Source: an uncultured delta proteobacterium | Lineage (GTDB): Bacteria; Myxococcota_A; Polyangia; Polyangiales; Polyangiaceae | Assembly (NCBI GenBank): GCA_963841435.1 | Contig: CAWJCS010000002.1 | Coordinates: 1 to 64,000, forward strand | Length of the DNA stretch: 64,000 nt | Direction: 5' to 3' | Part shown: piece by piece, positions 1-9,724 of the stretch | Numbering within the stretch: the stretch's first letter is position 1 | Layout of the letters: every line of letters starts with the position of its first letter | Notes under the pieces: model-generated | Databases searched by the model: none | Told to the model about the DNA's origin: nothing | What the model saw: only the letters and a program-made list of their open reading frames with translations | Made by a program: the position numbers and the translations under genes

Positions 1-84
1 AATTCCGGTATCCGGAGCGCGGACCCCGTACTTGAAGGGGTAGCGGCCTGACGCGATAGTCGCGTGGTGACGGAGCGTGCGACT

Positions 85-1884
85 TCAGCTCGGCGGCGGC
101 TGCTCGGTCGTGTCCAGAGGCGAGGACGGGACGGTGACGTGGCCAAGCTCGGCGGCGAGCTCGGTCTGGTCGAGTCGCTCGCGCGTTCGCGCCCAGTAGG
201 CGGGAGCGAGCTCGAGGTAACGGTCGCGAGGCCAGTAGGGCATGACGCGGATCACCTCGGCGAGGTAGCACTCGGGGTCGAGGTCGTGGAGCTTGCAGCT
301 AGCGATGAGGGAGTAGAGGTTGGCGGCGGCCTCGGCGTGGTCGTCGGAGCCGAAGAAGAGCCAGGCTTTTCTGCCGGTGGCGACGATTCGGAGGGCATTT
401 TCGCTCGGGTTGTTGTCCATGCGCAGCCTGCCGTCGTCGAGGAAGCGGCGCAGGGCAAGCTCTTGGCGCATGGCGTAGCCGAGGGCCTTGTTGACGAGCC
501 CGCGTTGTTGGCTCGTCAGGTCGTCTTGGGCGCGCACGCAGGCGAAGAACTCGTCGACGAAGGGCCTGAGGATGGTCTGCCGCTTCTGGAGTCGAGCGGC
601 GGGAGGCAAGTCGTTCCACGCCTGATCGAGCTCGTAGAGCCTTCTGATCCGCAGCAGACCTTCGCGACCGACGGCGAAGCCGGAGACTGCGGCTTCCCAG
701 AAGCGCCGGCGGCAGTGACTCCAGCAGGCGACCTCGGTGGGCGCGTCGCTCGCGTCATCGACGGCATCGCCACGGAACAGGGCGTCGTAGATGGCGTGAG
801 CGTCGGCTTGGATGTAGCCGGAGAAGCCGCGGAACATGTCGCAGACGGCGGCGCTGGTGTGCTTGGGCTGGTACTCGAAGAAGACGTGCTTCCGGTCGGC
901 CAAAACGACGAAGAAGTGGCCCTTTTTGCAGGGTTGCCGCCTTCCGTCTGGAAGTGGCTCCGGGCGGATCGCGACTCCGGTGGCATCGGTCGAAAGGCAG
1001 AAGGCGTGTTTGCGGGCGTCGTCGGCGCAAGCGAGCACGATGGGGCCGAGCGAGGCGCCCACGTCCTCGACCGAGCGGGCCATGGTGCCGCGATCGAGCT
1101 CGATGCCGTCGGCTGTGAGCTGCTCTTCCTGCCGGAAGTAGGGCAAGCCGAAGCGAAACTTCTGCACGATGATGCGAGCGAGCATGCTCGGAGCGCAGAG
1201 GCCGCGGCGCACGAGCAGGCGCGGCAGCGGCGCCGTGAGGATGGTGAAGCGCGCGCCGTCCTGCTCGAGCACGGTGGCGTCCTCGGGCAGAGCGGCGGGA
1301 GAATTGGGGTCGGTGGCGGTCCTGTACTTGGCCCGCGCGATGACGACGCGGACGGCCTCGGGCCGTTGGTAGCCGAGCTTGTAGCTCGTTTCCCAGCCGA
1401 TGAAGGTGCCCTTGCTTGCGAGCTCGGCATCGCGGATCTCGATGCGGCGCTCGGGCAGGTGGTCGGCGTCCGCCAGATTTCTGCGACCTCTGGGCTTGGT
1501 TTTGGCCCTTGCCGGTGGTTTACCAGCGGGCCGAGCACCGGGGCCATCGCCGGCCGCGCCTGACTCGGCCTCTGCGTCGAGCTTCCGAGCAAGCTCGTCA
1601 AGCTTCTGCTTGGTGCTCGCGAATTCGAGCTCGAGCTGGGTCGCGTCGACGCGCTCGGCCTTGGCGATGAAGATGCGCCGGCGGAGCAGCTCGAACTGCT
1701 CCATGAGCTGCCGGTAAGCGCGGCGGAGGTTGTCGCGCTCGCTGATGACACCGGCGAGCCAATCGCTGGTCAACGCGAGCTGGTCGCTGGTCAACGCGAG
1801 CTCGCGCTGCATGTGAGCGACGAGAGCTTCGAGCGCTTGAACACGCGACGACGATTCTGCTTCAGCGACGCTCACGGCAGGCAT
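85..1884 (-). CDS. tnpC: IS66 DDE transposase TnpC
   Basis: LPYFRQE, STDATG, IQADAH, CWSHCRRRF, MDNNPSENALR and YSLIASCKLH motifs. Likely start is the ATG of MPAVSV at 1884. Confidence 0.93.
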   Translation of the reverse strand: MPAVSVAEAESSSRVQALEALVAHMQRELALTSDQLALTSDWLAGVISERDNLRRAYRQLMEQFELLRRRIFIAKAERVDATQLELEFASTKQKLDELARKLDAEAESGAAGDGPGARPAGKPPARAKTKPRGRRNLADADHLPERRIEIRDAELASKGTFIGWETSYKLGYQRPEAVRVVIARAKYRTATDPNSPAALPEDATVLEQDGARFTILTAPLPRLLVRRGLCAPSMLARIIVQKFRFGLPYFRQEEQLTADGIELDRGTMARSVEDVGASLGPIVLACADDARKHAFCLSTDATGVAIRPEPLPDGRRQPCKKGHFFVVLADRKHVFFEYQPKHTSAAVCDMFRGFSGYIQADAHAIYDALFRGDAVDDASDAPTEVACWSHCRRRFWEAAVSGFAVGREGLLRIRRLYELDQAWNDLPPAARLQKRQTILRPFVDEFFACVRAQDDLTSQQRGLVNKALGYAMRQELALRRFLDDGRLRMDNNPSENALRIVATGRKAWLFFGSDDHAEAAANLYSLIASCKLHDLDPECYLAEVIRVMPYWPRDRYLELAPAYWARTRERLDQTELAAELGHVTVPSSPLDTTEQPPPS

Positions 1885-1963
1885 GGCTCTACCTGAAGCG
1901 AGTCGAATTTGTCGAGCACAAACGCCACTTCGAGCGTCGCCCGAGGGCGTGACCGCCGCGAGG

Positions 1964-2320
1964 TCAGTGAACGCGAACGCGCGATCGCGGCGCAGGCCTC
2001 GACGCTCGAGCGAGGTCGACTCCGTCGAGCAACGCGTCGAGCAGGCTTTCGTCGAGCTCGACGTGGCGCGCCCCCGGCGTGCCCGCCTCCGGCACGCGAA
2101 ACACCCCACGATCCAAGCGCTTGTAAAAGAGACACATTCCTGAGCCGTCGAAGAACAGCACCTTCACCGCGGTCTTTCGCTTTCCGAAGTAGATGAAGAG
2201 CGCCCCGCTCCGTGCGTCGTAGCCGATGCGCTCGAGCGCCGCCCCGGCGAGTCTGTCGAACGACCAGCGCATGTCGACCGGCTCGAGCGCCACGAAAATC
2301 TGAACGCCGCTCGGGATCAT
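1964..2320 (-). CDS. tnpB: IS66 accessory protein TnpB
   Basis: EPVDMRWSFDRL...VKVLFFDGSGMCLFYKRLDRGVF signature. Confidence 0.93.
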   Translation of the reverse strand: MIPSGVQIFVALEPVDMRWSFDRLAGAALERIGYDARSGALFIYFGKRKTAVKVLFFDGSGMCLFYKRLDRGVFRVPEAGTPGARHVELDESLLDALLDGVDLARASRPAPRSRVRVH

Positions 2321-2667
2321 CGCGCCCCCCGCAGAGCCTGAACAACGTCTCGCAGCAGCGCCGCGTCGAATCCGCGGCGCACCGCGATGCGTGCCCCTGC
2401 GACCTCGAGCACCATGTCCTCGGCGACTGCTCCTCGCCCCGGGCGCCGAACGACCTCCGTCAACTCGATGCCGGCCGCCGGGTGCCGACTCGCCCCCGCG
2501 ACTCGTCGTTTCCGACCCCCGCCGCCCGACCGCCGCAGTCGCGATGCCGCCCACTGCAACGTCGAGCCTGCGTATGGCTTGTCCGCCGCGAACTCAGGAG
2601 CGGTCTTCCCGCTCCCCCGCCATGCCTCGACCCGCTCCGCCCAAACGGCTTGTGTCTCCGCTTTCAT
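2317..2667 (-). CDS. tnpA: IS66 accessory protein TnpA
   Basis: WAERVEAWRGSGKT HTH-like N-terminus and RRGFDAALLRDVVQAL C-terminus. Overlaps the tnpB start. Confidence 0.85.
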   Translation of the reverse strand: MKAETQAVWAERVEAWRGSGKTAPEFAADKPYAGSTLQWAASRLRRSGGGGRKRRVAGASRHPAAGIELTEVVRRPGRGAVAEDMVLEVAGARIAVRRGFDAALLRDVVQALRGAR

Positions 2668-3015
2668 TCGCGCGAGCCTGCACGCTCGTCACGAACTCGT
2701 GAAGTACGGGGTCTGCGCTCCGGATACCCTCGAAGATCCTGAGCTTGCCCTCAGGTACGAACACGGTTGCCAGGGTTCTTTCTGCCTGTTCACGGACGGC
2801 GACCAACTCCACGTGGTTTTCCGCCTTGCCTCGTCGGTGTTCGAGGGATTTGAGAGCGAGGTCGAACCCAGGGTCAGAGGCGACTTCGAGGTAGACACCG
2901 CGATCACCCTGAATCCCCACCGCTTGCCGTTCCCTGTCCACTTCGGCGAGCTGTGACCGAATCACCGCAAGGTCCTGCGCCAGTGGAGTTGCCCCTGTCA
3001 AACCGGACACGTGGT

Positions 3016-3874
3016 TTAGGGTAATTGGGCGCGGCGGAATTGCCGCGGAGAAAGCATGTTGAGGCCGCTGTGGGGGTGGTTCTCGTTGTAGTCGGCAAAC
3101 CAAGCGGGAAGGGCGGCGAGGACGGAGCGCGCCGAGGCAACGTCGCCGAGGTAGACGTAGTCGCGTTTGAAGGTCTTCACGAAGGCCTCCGACATGCCGT
3201 TGGACTCGGGCGAGTACGCGGGCGTGTTGCGCACGAGCAGGCCGGACAGAGCACCAAACGCCCGCGTCTCGTGCGCCGTATAGGGCGGTCCGTTATCGGT
3301 GAGCCACTCGACGGGGTGCGCCGTGTGCGTGCCTCCAAAGCGCGCCTCGACCGACTGCGCCATCAAATCACGGATGTCCGTGCCGTCGAGGTGCCGGTCG
3401 GACGCGACCCAGGCGATAGCCTCGCGGTCGCAGCAATCGAGAGCGAAGGCGACGTGGACGCGCTCGCCGTTCCAGCAGCGCACCTCGAAGCTGTCGCTGC
3501 ACCACCGCAGGTCGCTCGCCAGCGTGATCACCTTGCCGTCGTGCCGGCGCTCGGGATGGATGCCGTACTTTGCCAGCAGCAACTGCGCCCGCTTCATGAG
3601 CCGGTAAACGCGCTTGTGGTTGATGCGATTGGCGGGCTCTTGACGGTTCAATCGGGCCGTGACGCGGCGGTAGCCGTACGACGGCCGCTCGCGCACCACC
3701 GCGCGGATGCGGTCGAGCACGTCGTCGTCTCCGTCGCAGTCGTAGCCGGTCCGTTCTCGCGGAGCCGTCCGGGCACTGCGGCTCAGGTGCGAGCGTGAGA
3801 TGCCGAGGGCGTCGGCCACCGGCTTCACTTTTCGCCCTCGTCGGATGAGCTCCCGCGCGACAACAGTTTTTTTT
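3016..3874 (-). CDS. IS3 transposase OrfB (DDE domain, expressed by -1 frameshift)
   Basis: YGYRRV, RWCSDSFE, ALDCCDRE, WLTDNG and SNGMSEAFVKTFKRDY motifs. Confidence 0.9.
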
Positions 3875-4211
3875 CGCGGGCGACCTCGATGGCCTCTTCG
3901 AGGATCTCCACTTGCATCGTCTTCTTGCCGAGAGCCCGCTCGAGCTCCTTGATGCGCGCCTTGAGCTTCTTCACCTCGCTCTCGGGCACGACCTTCTCGT
4001 TCGACTTCAGGCCCTTCTTCGTCGCGTCGTCCATGGCTCGCTTCCATTGGAACAACATGCTGGGCGCGAGGCCATAGCGTCGTGCAACCTCCGAGACTGA
4101 GTTCCCGGTGCGGGCCGCCTCGTCCAGAAATGCCCGCTTCTGCTCGGCCGTGAATCTACGCCGCCTGCCTGGCTCGACTGCCTGGACGCTGATCAATGCT
4201 GCTGCCGTCAT
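3825..4211 (-). CDS. IS3 transposase OrfA (HTH)
   Basis: RRRRFTAEQK...SVSEVARRYG...LFQWK plus a leucine-zipper-like IKELERALGKKTM segment. Confidence 0.9.
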   Translation of the reverse strand: MTAAALISVQAVEPGRRRRFTAEQKRAFLDEAARTGNSVSEVARRYGLAPSMLFQWKRAMDDATKKGLKSNEKVVPESEVKKLKARIKELERALGKKTMQVEILEEAIEVAREKKLLSRGSSSDEGEK

Positions 4212-4341
4212 CGTGGACTCCTTCGAAAAGGTGTCCGGTCCAAACGGGGGCTACATCACCAGCTTGGCACCGTGCTGGGCCCGATCCCGAAGTCGCCACT
4301 TGATCTTGGCGCCCCCGCGCACCTTCTTTGGATACTTGTAG

Positions 4342-5478
4342 GTATCCGGAGCGCGGACCCCGTACTTGAAGGGGTAGCGGCCTGACGCGATAGTCGCGTG
4401 GTGACGGAGCGTGCGACTTCAGCTCGGCGGCGGCTGCTCGGTCGTGTCCAGAGGCGAGGACGGGACGGTGACGTGGCCAAGCTCGGCGGCGAGCTCGGTC
4501 TGGTCGAGTCGCTCGCGCGTTCGCGCCCAGTAGGCGGGAGCGAGCTCGAGGTAACGGTCGCGAGGCCAGTAGGGCATGACGCGGATCACCTCGGCGAGGT
4601 AGCACTCGGGGTCGAGGTCGTGGAGCTTGCAGCTAGCGATGAGGGAGTAGAGGTTGGCGGCGGCCTCGGCGTGGTCGTCGGAGCCGAAGAAGAGCCGAGG
4701 GCATTTTCGCTCGGGTTGTTGTCCATGCGCAGCCTGCCGTCGTCGAGGAAGCGGCGCAGGGCAAGCTCTTGGCGCATGGCGTAGCCGAGGGCCTTGTTGA
4801 CGAGCCCGCGTTGTTGGCTCGTCAGGTCGTCTTGGGCGCGCACGCAGGCGAAGAACTCGTCGACGAAGGGCCTGAGGATGGTCCGCCGCTTCTGGAGTCG
4901 AGCGGCGGGAGGCAAGTCGTTCCACGCCTGATCGAGCTCGTAGAGCCTTCTGATCCGCAGCAGACCTTCGCGACCGACGGCGAAGCCGGAGACTGCGGCT
5001 TCCCAGAAGCGCCGGCGGCAGTGACTCCAGCAGGCGACCTCGGTGGGCGCGTCGCTCGCGTCATCGACGGCATCGCCACGGAACAGGGCGTCGTAGATGG
5101 CGTGAGCGTCGGCTTGGATGTAGCCGGAGAAGCCGCGGAACATGTCGCAGACGGCGGCGCTGGTGTGCTTGGGCTGGTACTCGAAGAAGACGTGCTTCCG
5201 GTCGGCCAAAACGACGAAGAAGTGGCCCTTTTTGCAGGGTTGCCGCCTTCCGTCTGGAAGTGGCTCCGGGCGGATCGCGAGTCCGGTGGCATCGGTCGAA
5301 AGGCAGAAGGCGTGTTTGCGGGCGTCGTCGGCGCAAGCGAGCACGATGGGGCCGAGCGAGGCGCCCACGTCCTCGACCGAGCGGGCCATGGTGCCGCGAT
5401 CGAGCTCGATGCCGTCGGCTGTGAGCTGCTCTTCCTGCCGGAAGTAGGGCAAGCCGAAGCGAAACTTCTGCACGATGA
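4342..5478 (-). mobile_element. Truncated second copy of the type 1 IS66 (right end plus 3' part of tnpC)
   Basis: Near-identical to 8-1172, with a 28-bp deletion near 4696. Identity stops at 5478, where hsdM sequence begins. Confidence 0.93.
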
Positions 5479-5535
5479 GCCTGCAAGGGGTGCTCGCCGG
5501 CATCGACTTCAACGACGAGCGGCGACTCGGTGACG

Positions 5536-6615
5536 CTAGTGTGCCGCATATGAGATACGGGCAAGCATGCGGCGGTGATCTCGGATGAGGCGATGGGGCT
5601 TGTTGGTCCAAATGAAGGGGGTGGGGTTCTGGTTCCAGCGCTCGAGGAAGGCCTCGATGTGCTTGCGCAGCGCGGTCCTGGTCTGGAAGTCGCCGTGGCG
5701 GAGCGATTGCCGAGTCAGGATGCTGAAGATCGCCTCGACCTGGTTCAGCCACGAGGCGCTCGTGGGCGTGTAGTGGAAGTGGACGTTGGGATGCCGTTCG
5801 AGCCAGCGCTGCACGGCTGGCGTCTGGTGCGCCGACGAGTTGTCGAGGATCACGTGCAGCTCCCGGCCGCGGTACTGCCGGGCGAGGAGGCGAAGAAAGC
5901 CGAGGAATTCCTTGGCGGTGTGGCGGTCGGTGCACTGATGGCTGACCTCGCCCGTGACGACGTTCAGGGCCGCGTAGAGGTCGAGCACGCCGTGCCGCTC
6001 GTAGTCGTGGGTGAAGCGCCGCACCTTGCCGGGGCGCAGCGGCAGCATGAGCTGCGTCCGCTCGAGAGCCTGGATTTGCGTCTTCTCGTCGACGCTGAGC
6101 ACGACCGCGTTCTGTGGCGGGTTGAGGTAGAGCCCGACGACGTCGCGCACCTTGGCTGCGAACTTCGGGTCCTTGCTGACCTTGAAGGTTCGAGCCAAAT
6201 GAGGCTTCAGATCGTTCGCGCGCAAGACCTTCGCCACGGTCGCGCTCGTCAACTTCACCCGTGCCCCGATCAGGCGCGTCAACCAGCGCCCGTACCCCGC
6301 AGGCGGCGGCGACATCACCAGCGACACGATGCGCTCGACCTGCTCCGGCGTGACGGCGTGATCCTTGCGCCCGCCCCGGGGACGGTCGGCCAGCCCGGCC
6401 ACCCGCCCGTGCTCGAAACGCTTGCGGATCGCGGTTACCTTCGGCGGGGTCAGCGAAAGCCGGCGGCCAATTTCCTGGCCGGGAACGCCCTGCGCGGCGA
6501 GCAATACGACCCGCGCCCTGCGCACGTGCCCGGCTCGCGCCGTCCGCTTCCGCACCAGCTCCTCCAACTCCCGCTGCTCGCTCGGCGTCACCTTCAACGG
6601 CTTCGTCGTGTTCAT
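5536..6615 (-). CDS. IS630 transposase
   Basis: LSVDEKTQIQALER, HDYERHG, VILDNSSAH and SWLNQVE motifs. Confidence 0.95.
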   Translation of the reverse strand: MNTTKPLKVTPSEQRELEELVRKRTARAGHVRRARVVLLAAQGVPGQEIGRRLSLTPPKVTAIRKRFEHGRVAGLADRPRGGRKDHAVTPEQVERIVSLVMSPPPAGYGRWLTRLIGARVKLTSATVAKVLRANDLKPHLARTFKVSKDPKFAAKVRDVVGLYLNPPQNAVVLSVDEKTQIQALERTQLMLPLRPGKVRRFTHDYERHGVLDLYAALNVVTGEVSHQCTDRHTAKEFLGFLRLLARQYRGRELHVILDNSSAHQTPAVQRWLERHPNVHFHYTPTSASWLNQVEAIFSILTRQSLRHGDFQTRTALRKHIEAFLERWNQNPTPFIWTNKPHRLIRDHRRMLARISYAAH

Positions 6616-6672
6616 GCAGCGGTGGACGCATCATGCCACCTGAAAATTCCCCATAACTCATACGCGGAGCAC
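5539..6672 (-). mobile_element. IS630-family element with TA target duplication
   Basis: Ends CTAGTGTGCCGCATATGAG and CTAGTGCTCCGCGTATGAG (rc). TA occurs at 5537-38 and 6673-74. Removing the element restores the hsdM frame (GAC GCT AGG AAC). Confidence 0.93.
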
Positions 6673-7802
6673 TAGGAACCGGGACAACGTTCTTTCACGG
6701 CTGGTCGTTCATTTCTCGAAGATCGATCTGCGGAACGCGAATCTGTCGGAGGCCGACATGCTGGGGAGGGCGTACGAGTACCTCATCGAGCGATTCGCCG
6801 ACGATGCCGGCAAGAAGGGCGGCGAGTTCTACACCCCGAACAAGGTCGTCGAGCTGATCGTGGAGATCCTCGCGCCGAAGGAAGGGATGCGAATCTGCGA
6901 TCCGACGGCGGGCTCGGCCGGCATGCTCATCGAGTGCGCCCACCACGTTGAGCGCAACGGCGGCAATCCGAAGAACCTGGCGCTCTTCGGGCAAGAGAAG
7001 AACCTTGGAACGTGGGCGCTCTCGAAGATGAACCTGCTGCTCCACAACCTCCCCGGAGCACGCATCGAGAAGGGCGACACGATCCGGGAGCCGCGGCTGC
7101 TCGAAGGTGGCGAGCTGATGTTGTTCGATCGCGTCGTGGCCAACCCCCCATTCTCCCTGGACGACTGGGGCCGAGAGGTGGCTGAGAGCGATGGCTTCGG
7201 GCGCTTTCGGTTCGGGGTTCCGCCGAAGACGAAGGGCGACCTCGCGTTCGTGCAACACATGATCGCCACGACGAACAAGAGCGGCATGGTCGGCGTCGTC
7301 ATGCCGCACGGCGTCCTTTTTCGCGGTGCCGGCGAGGGCGAGATCCGCAAGGGCATGCTCCAAGACGACCTCGTCGAAGCGGTGATCGGGCTGCCTCCTA
7401 ACCTCTTCTACGGCACGGGCATCCCGGCTGCGGTCCTCGTGCTGAACCGGGCCAAGAAAGCGGACCGCAGGGGGAAGGTCTTTTCGTTGAGGCGTCCCGG
7501 GAATTTCGAGAGGGTTCCGCGCAGAACCACCTCCGCGATGAGGACGTCAAGAAGATCGCCACCAGTGTTCACGCCTTCAAGGATGTAGAGAAGTACGCCC
7601 GCGTTGTGCGGCTCGAAGAGATCGAGAAGAACGACTTCAACCTGAACATCAGCCGCTACGTCAACACGGCCAACGCCGCGATCAAGGTGGACGTAGCAAC
7701 CGCCAGCCTCTCTCGGCATTTGATCGCACTGACGGCCCGACGGGCAGCGTGGGTTCGCTCGATCAGTCGGTAGCTTGGCTGCCCGTTGGCTCCGTCAGCC
7801 GC

Positions 7803-8660
7803 TCACCAACAGAACATCAGGTTGTTCAGAAATTCGATGCACTTGTCGGGCCCAATGGCGGATTTCAGCCATTGAAAGTTGTCTGCCGTGGCGGCCCAAT
7901 GCCCTTTTGACCCACAAAATTCGCCCGGCACGGAGTCGCTGAGGCTTGCGATGCCGAAGACTCCCCAGGTCCTGCTTCCCAGCCTGATGGGACCCCCGGA
8001 GTCGCCCCTGCACAGCCAGGGGTCTGTCGGGCCAGCGCCGAAGCGGTATTCGCCCGGCGACGAGAAGTACGTCGGCGTGACCTTGCCGGTGCGCCCGAGT
8101 CCGTCGAAGGCCCCACTCCTGGTGAACATTCCGTAGCCGACAGCCCACATTGCCTCACCGCTCGGCCTGTCCTTCCCGATGGGGACGGCGTCCGACGGGG
8201 TGATGTAGGGGAGGTCCCAGGGCGAGGTGAGCACCGCGACGTCGTGCGGAGCGAAATTGTTGTAGGCCGGGTTGACTTCGGCGTGCACCCAGACGCCGTT
8301 GAGCAGTGTTTGCCAGGCCCCCGTCGATGTCTGACGCTTCACGATGACCGTGACGGTCCCGCTGTTGGAGGTCCCGAGCGGCTGAGTCACGCAATGCGCC
8401 GCCGTGATGATAGTCCGCCGTGAACTCACATTGCCGGTGCAATGCTCCCAGGCCCGAAAGTCTGGCCAAAGGACGTCCAGGCTCACGACACCACGCCACC
8501 TCGCGGAGCTATCAATCAGAGTGCCGTTCATGAGCTCCGACTGCTCGCTCGACAGTTGCTCTTCGAGGTCTTCGGACTCGACAGGTGCTCCGCAAGCAGA
8601 GAGCACGACGGCGAGTGCCGCAGCACCGAAAACCTTACCGACCGCCCGCGAATTGCGCAT
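7803..8660 (-). CDS. Secreted trypsin-like (S1) serine protease lipoprotein
   Basis: Lipobox LSAC, with ITAAHC, HDVAVL and CRGDSGGP catalytic motifs. Confidence 0.9.
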   Translation of the reverse strand: MRNSRAVGKVFGAAALAVVLSACGAPVESEDLEEQLSSEQSELMNGTLIDSSARWRGVVSLDVLWPDFRAWEHCTGNVSSRRTIITAAHCVTQPLGTSNSGTVTVIVKRQTSTGAWQTLLNGVWVHAEVNPAYNNFAPHDVAVLTSPWDLPYITPSDAVPIGKDRPSGEAMWAVGYGMFTRSGAFDGLGRTGKVTPTYFSSPGEYRFGAGPTDPWLCRGDSGGPIRLGSRTWGVFGIASLSDSVPGEFCGSKGHWAATADNFQWLKSAIGPDKCIEFLNNLMFCW

Positions 8661-8970
8661 GATTTCCTCTCGAACTGATGGTTATGGGGACGTTCTGAGG
8701 GCACGAGAGGCAGGAGAGCGTGGGTGCTCACGCACCACCAATCTCGTGGCCTCGTCCCGCCGCGCGGCGATATCGTTCGCCCGCGAGCTTCCCCAAGCAG
8801 GAGCCGTGCCAGCAAGGTCGCTGGGCGCGCAGAAGGAGCCGCTCGCCGTGAAGCCACGGCAACCTTGGGCTTTCCACAGACAGGGAGCGGCATTCGCGTC
8901 CGCGCCCGGAGACGGTGCTCCCGTTCGCACGCGTGCGAACGTTCGGGCGCACGGCGGCGGGCGGAGCTTC

Positions 8971-9048
8971 GCGCCAAGGCAAATCGAACTGGGGAACCGG
9001 CTCAGTCGCGGACGGCGGCACGGCCGCAGGAGAACTCGGAAGCGTACC
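8971..9048 (-). mobile_element. ISCR-like terminal (oriIS-like) remnant
   Basis: The reverse complement ends in CAGTTCGATTTGCCTTGGCGC (8991-8971), a variant of the conserved end motif. Confidence 0.6.
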
Positions 9049-9517
9049 TGCTCTCGAGCCACTCGCGGCTCCGCCGAGAAGTGGTCCCGCACTCGCCCGC
9101 CGATCCGAGCGCCACCGCGCCGCCGCCTGCTCCCGGCGATCAGCTCGAGCTTGCGCTCGATGCCGAGAGCGACGAGCCCGCTCCGAGAAAAAGATGGGCG
9201 TGGCTCTTGAAACACGTCTTCGCGGCAGACTTGGATACGTGCCCCCGCTGTGGCGGACCGATGCGCTGGATGGAGGCTGCAGCCACCGCCGAGGCGGCTC
9301 GCGACTTGCTTGCCCGGCTCGGGCTCGCTCCGCGCCCGCCGCCGGCTCCGCATCCTCCTCCGCTCGGGCAGCTCAAGCTGCCACTCTTGCACTGACAGCT
9401 CCAGGCTCGGCAGCCTCGAGGCGGACGTGTCCGTCAACTCCTCCGGTCGGAGGTTCGCCGACGGGCAAACTGCCGGTCCGTCGTTCCGCTTCTGCCTCCT
9501 CCCTGCGTTCTCCGGTA
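9049..9517 (+). mobile_element. ISCR-like transposase 3' fragment
   Basis: Near-identical to 23202-23670. Encodes LSSHSRLRREVVP...CPRCGGPMRW...GQLKLPLLH*. Confidence 0.9.
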
Positions 9518-9724
9518 TCGAACAGCCTTACTCTCCGTACCGGCAGGTCGAGCAAGAACACCGCCAGCGCCCACTCGACGAACCGCGCGTAGAAGCCCAC
9601 TTCGCGTCGAATGCTTTCATTGCCCGGATCGAACGCCCGCGCCGCCGGGGGGTCCACCACGCCGCCACCGGCGCGCGCCGCGCGCGTGAGCCGCTCGATT
9701 TCGACCTTCCGCTGTACCACGAAC

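Larger units (their letters stand above)
8..2727 (-). mobile_element. IS66-family element, complete (type 1)
   Basis: Terminal IRs GTATCCGGAGCGC(G/A)GACCCCGTACTT start at 8 and end at 2727 (reverse complement). They enclose tnpA-tnpB-tnpC. The visible flanks (AATTCCG / CCTCGAAG) show no target duplication. Confidence 0.95.
2984..4258 (-). mobile_element. IS3-family element (IS2-like), complete, with 4-bp target duplication CCAG
   Basis: IRs TGGAGTTGCCCCTGTCAAACCGGACAC and TGATGTAGCCCCCGTTTGGACCGGACAC. CCAG occurs at 2980-2983 and 4259-4262. An A8 slippery run (T8 at 3867-3874 on +) lies in the orfA/orfB overlap. Confidence 0.93.
2728..4341 (-). pseudogene. N-terminal fragment of a probable S8 (subtilisin-like) peptidase, split by IS3 and cut at both ends by IS66
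   Basis: Joining 4341-4259 to 2979-2728 gives the in-frame YKYPKK...RDRAQHGAKLAQDL...VELVAVRE...ATVFVPEGKLRIFE. This resembles the N-terminus of AAA-ATPase-associated S8 peptidases (recognised from memory). Confidence 0.55.
5477..7710 (+). pseudogene. hsdM: Type I RM methyltransferase HsdM, 5'-truncated, IS630-interrupted and frameshifted
   Basis: SLQGVLAGIDFNDERRLGDA|IS630|RNRDNVLSRL...GRAYEYLIERFADDAGKKGGEFYTP, DPTAGSAG and NPPF motifs. A frameshift near 7480 is followed by NDFNLNISRYV. Confidence 0.9.

Noticed and set aside
64-1563. Long + strand ORFs opposite tnpC, and similar antisense ORFs across the window
   Set aside because: They are shadow frames of real genes in high-GC DNA and carry no motifs.
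1763-1802. 21-bp tandem repeat in tnpC
   Set aside because: An ordinary heptad duplication in the coiled-coil N-terminus.
8-5478. Composite transposon formed by the two type 1 IS66 copies
   Set aside because: The second copy lacks its left end and no shared target duplication is visible.
7729-7798. Imperfect hairpin after the protease gene as an integron attC
   Set aside because: The ends read GAC/GTC rather than AAC/GTT, there are no similar sites after other genes, and there is no intI.
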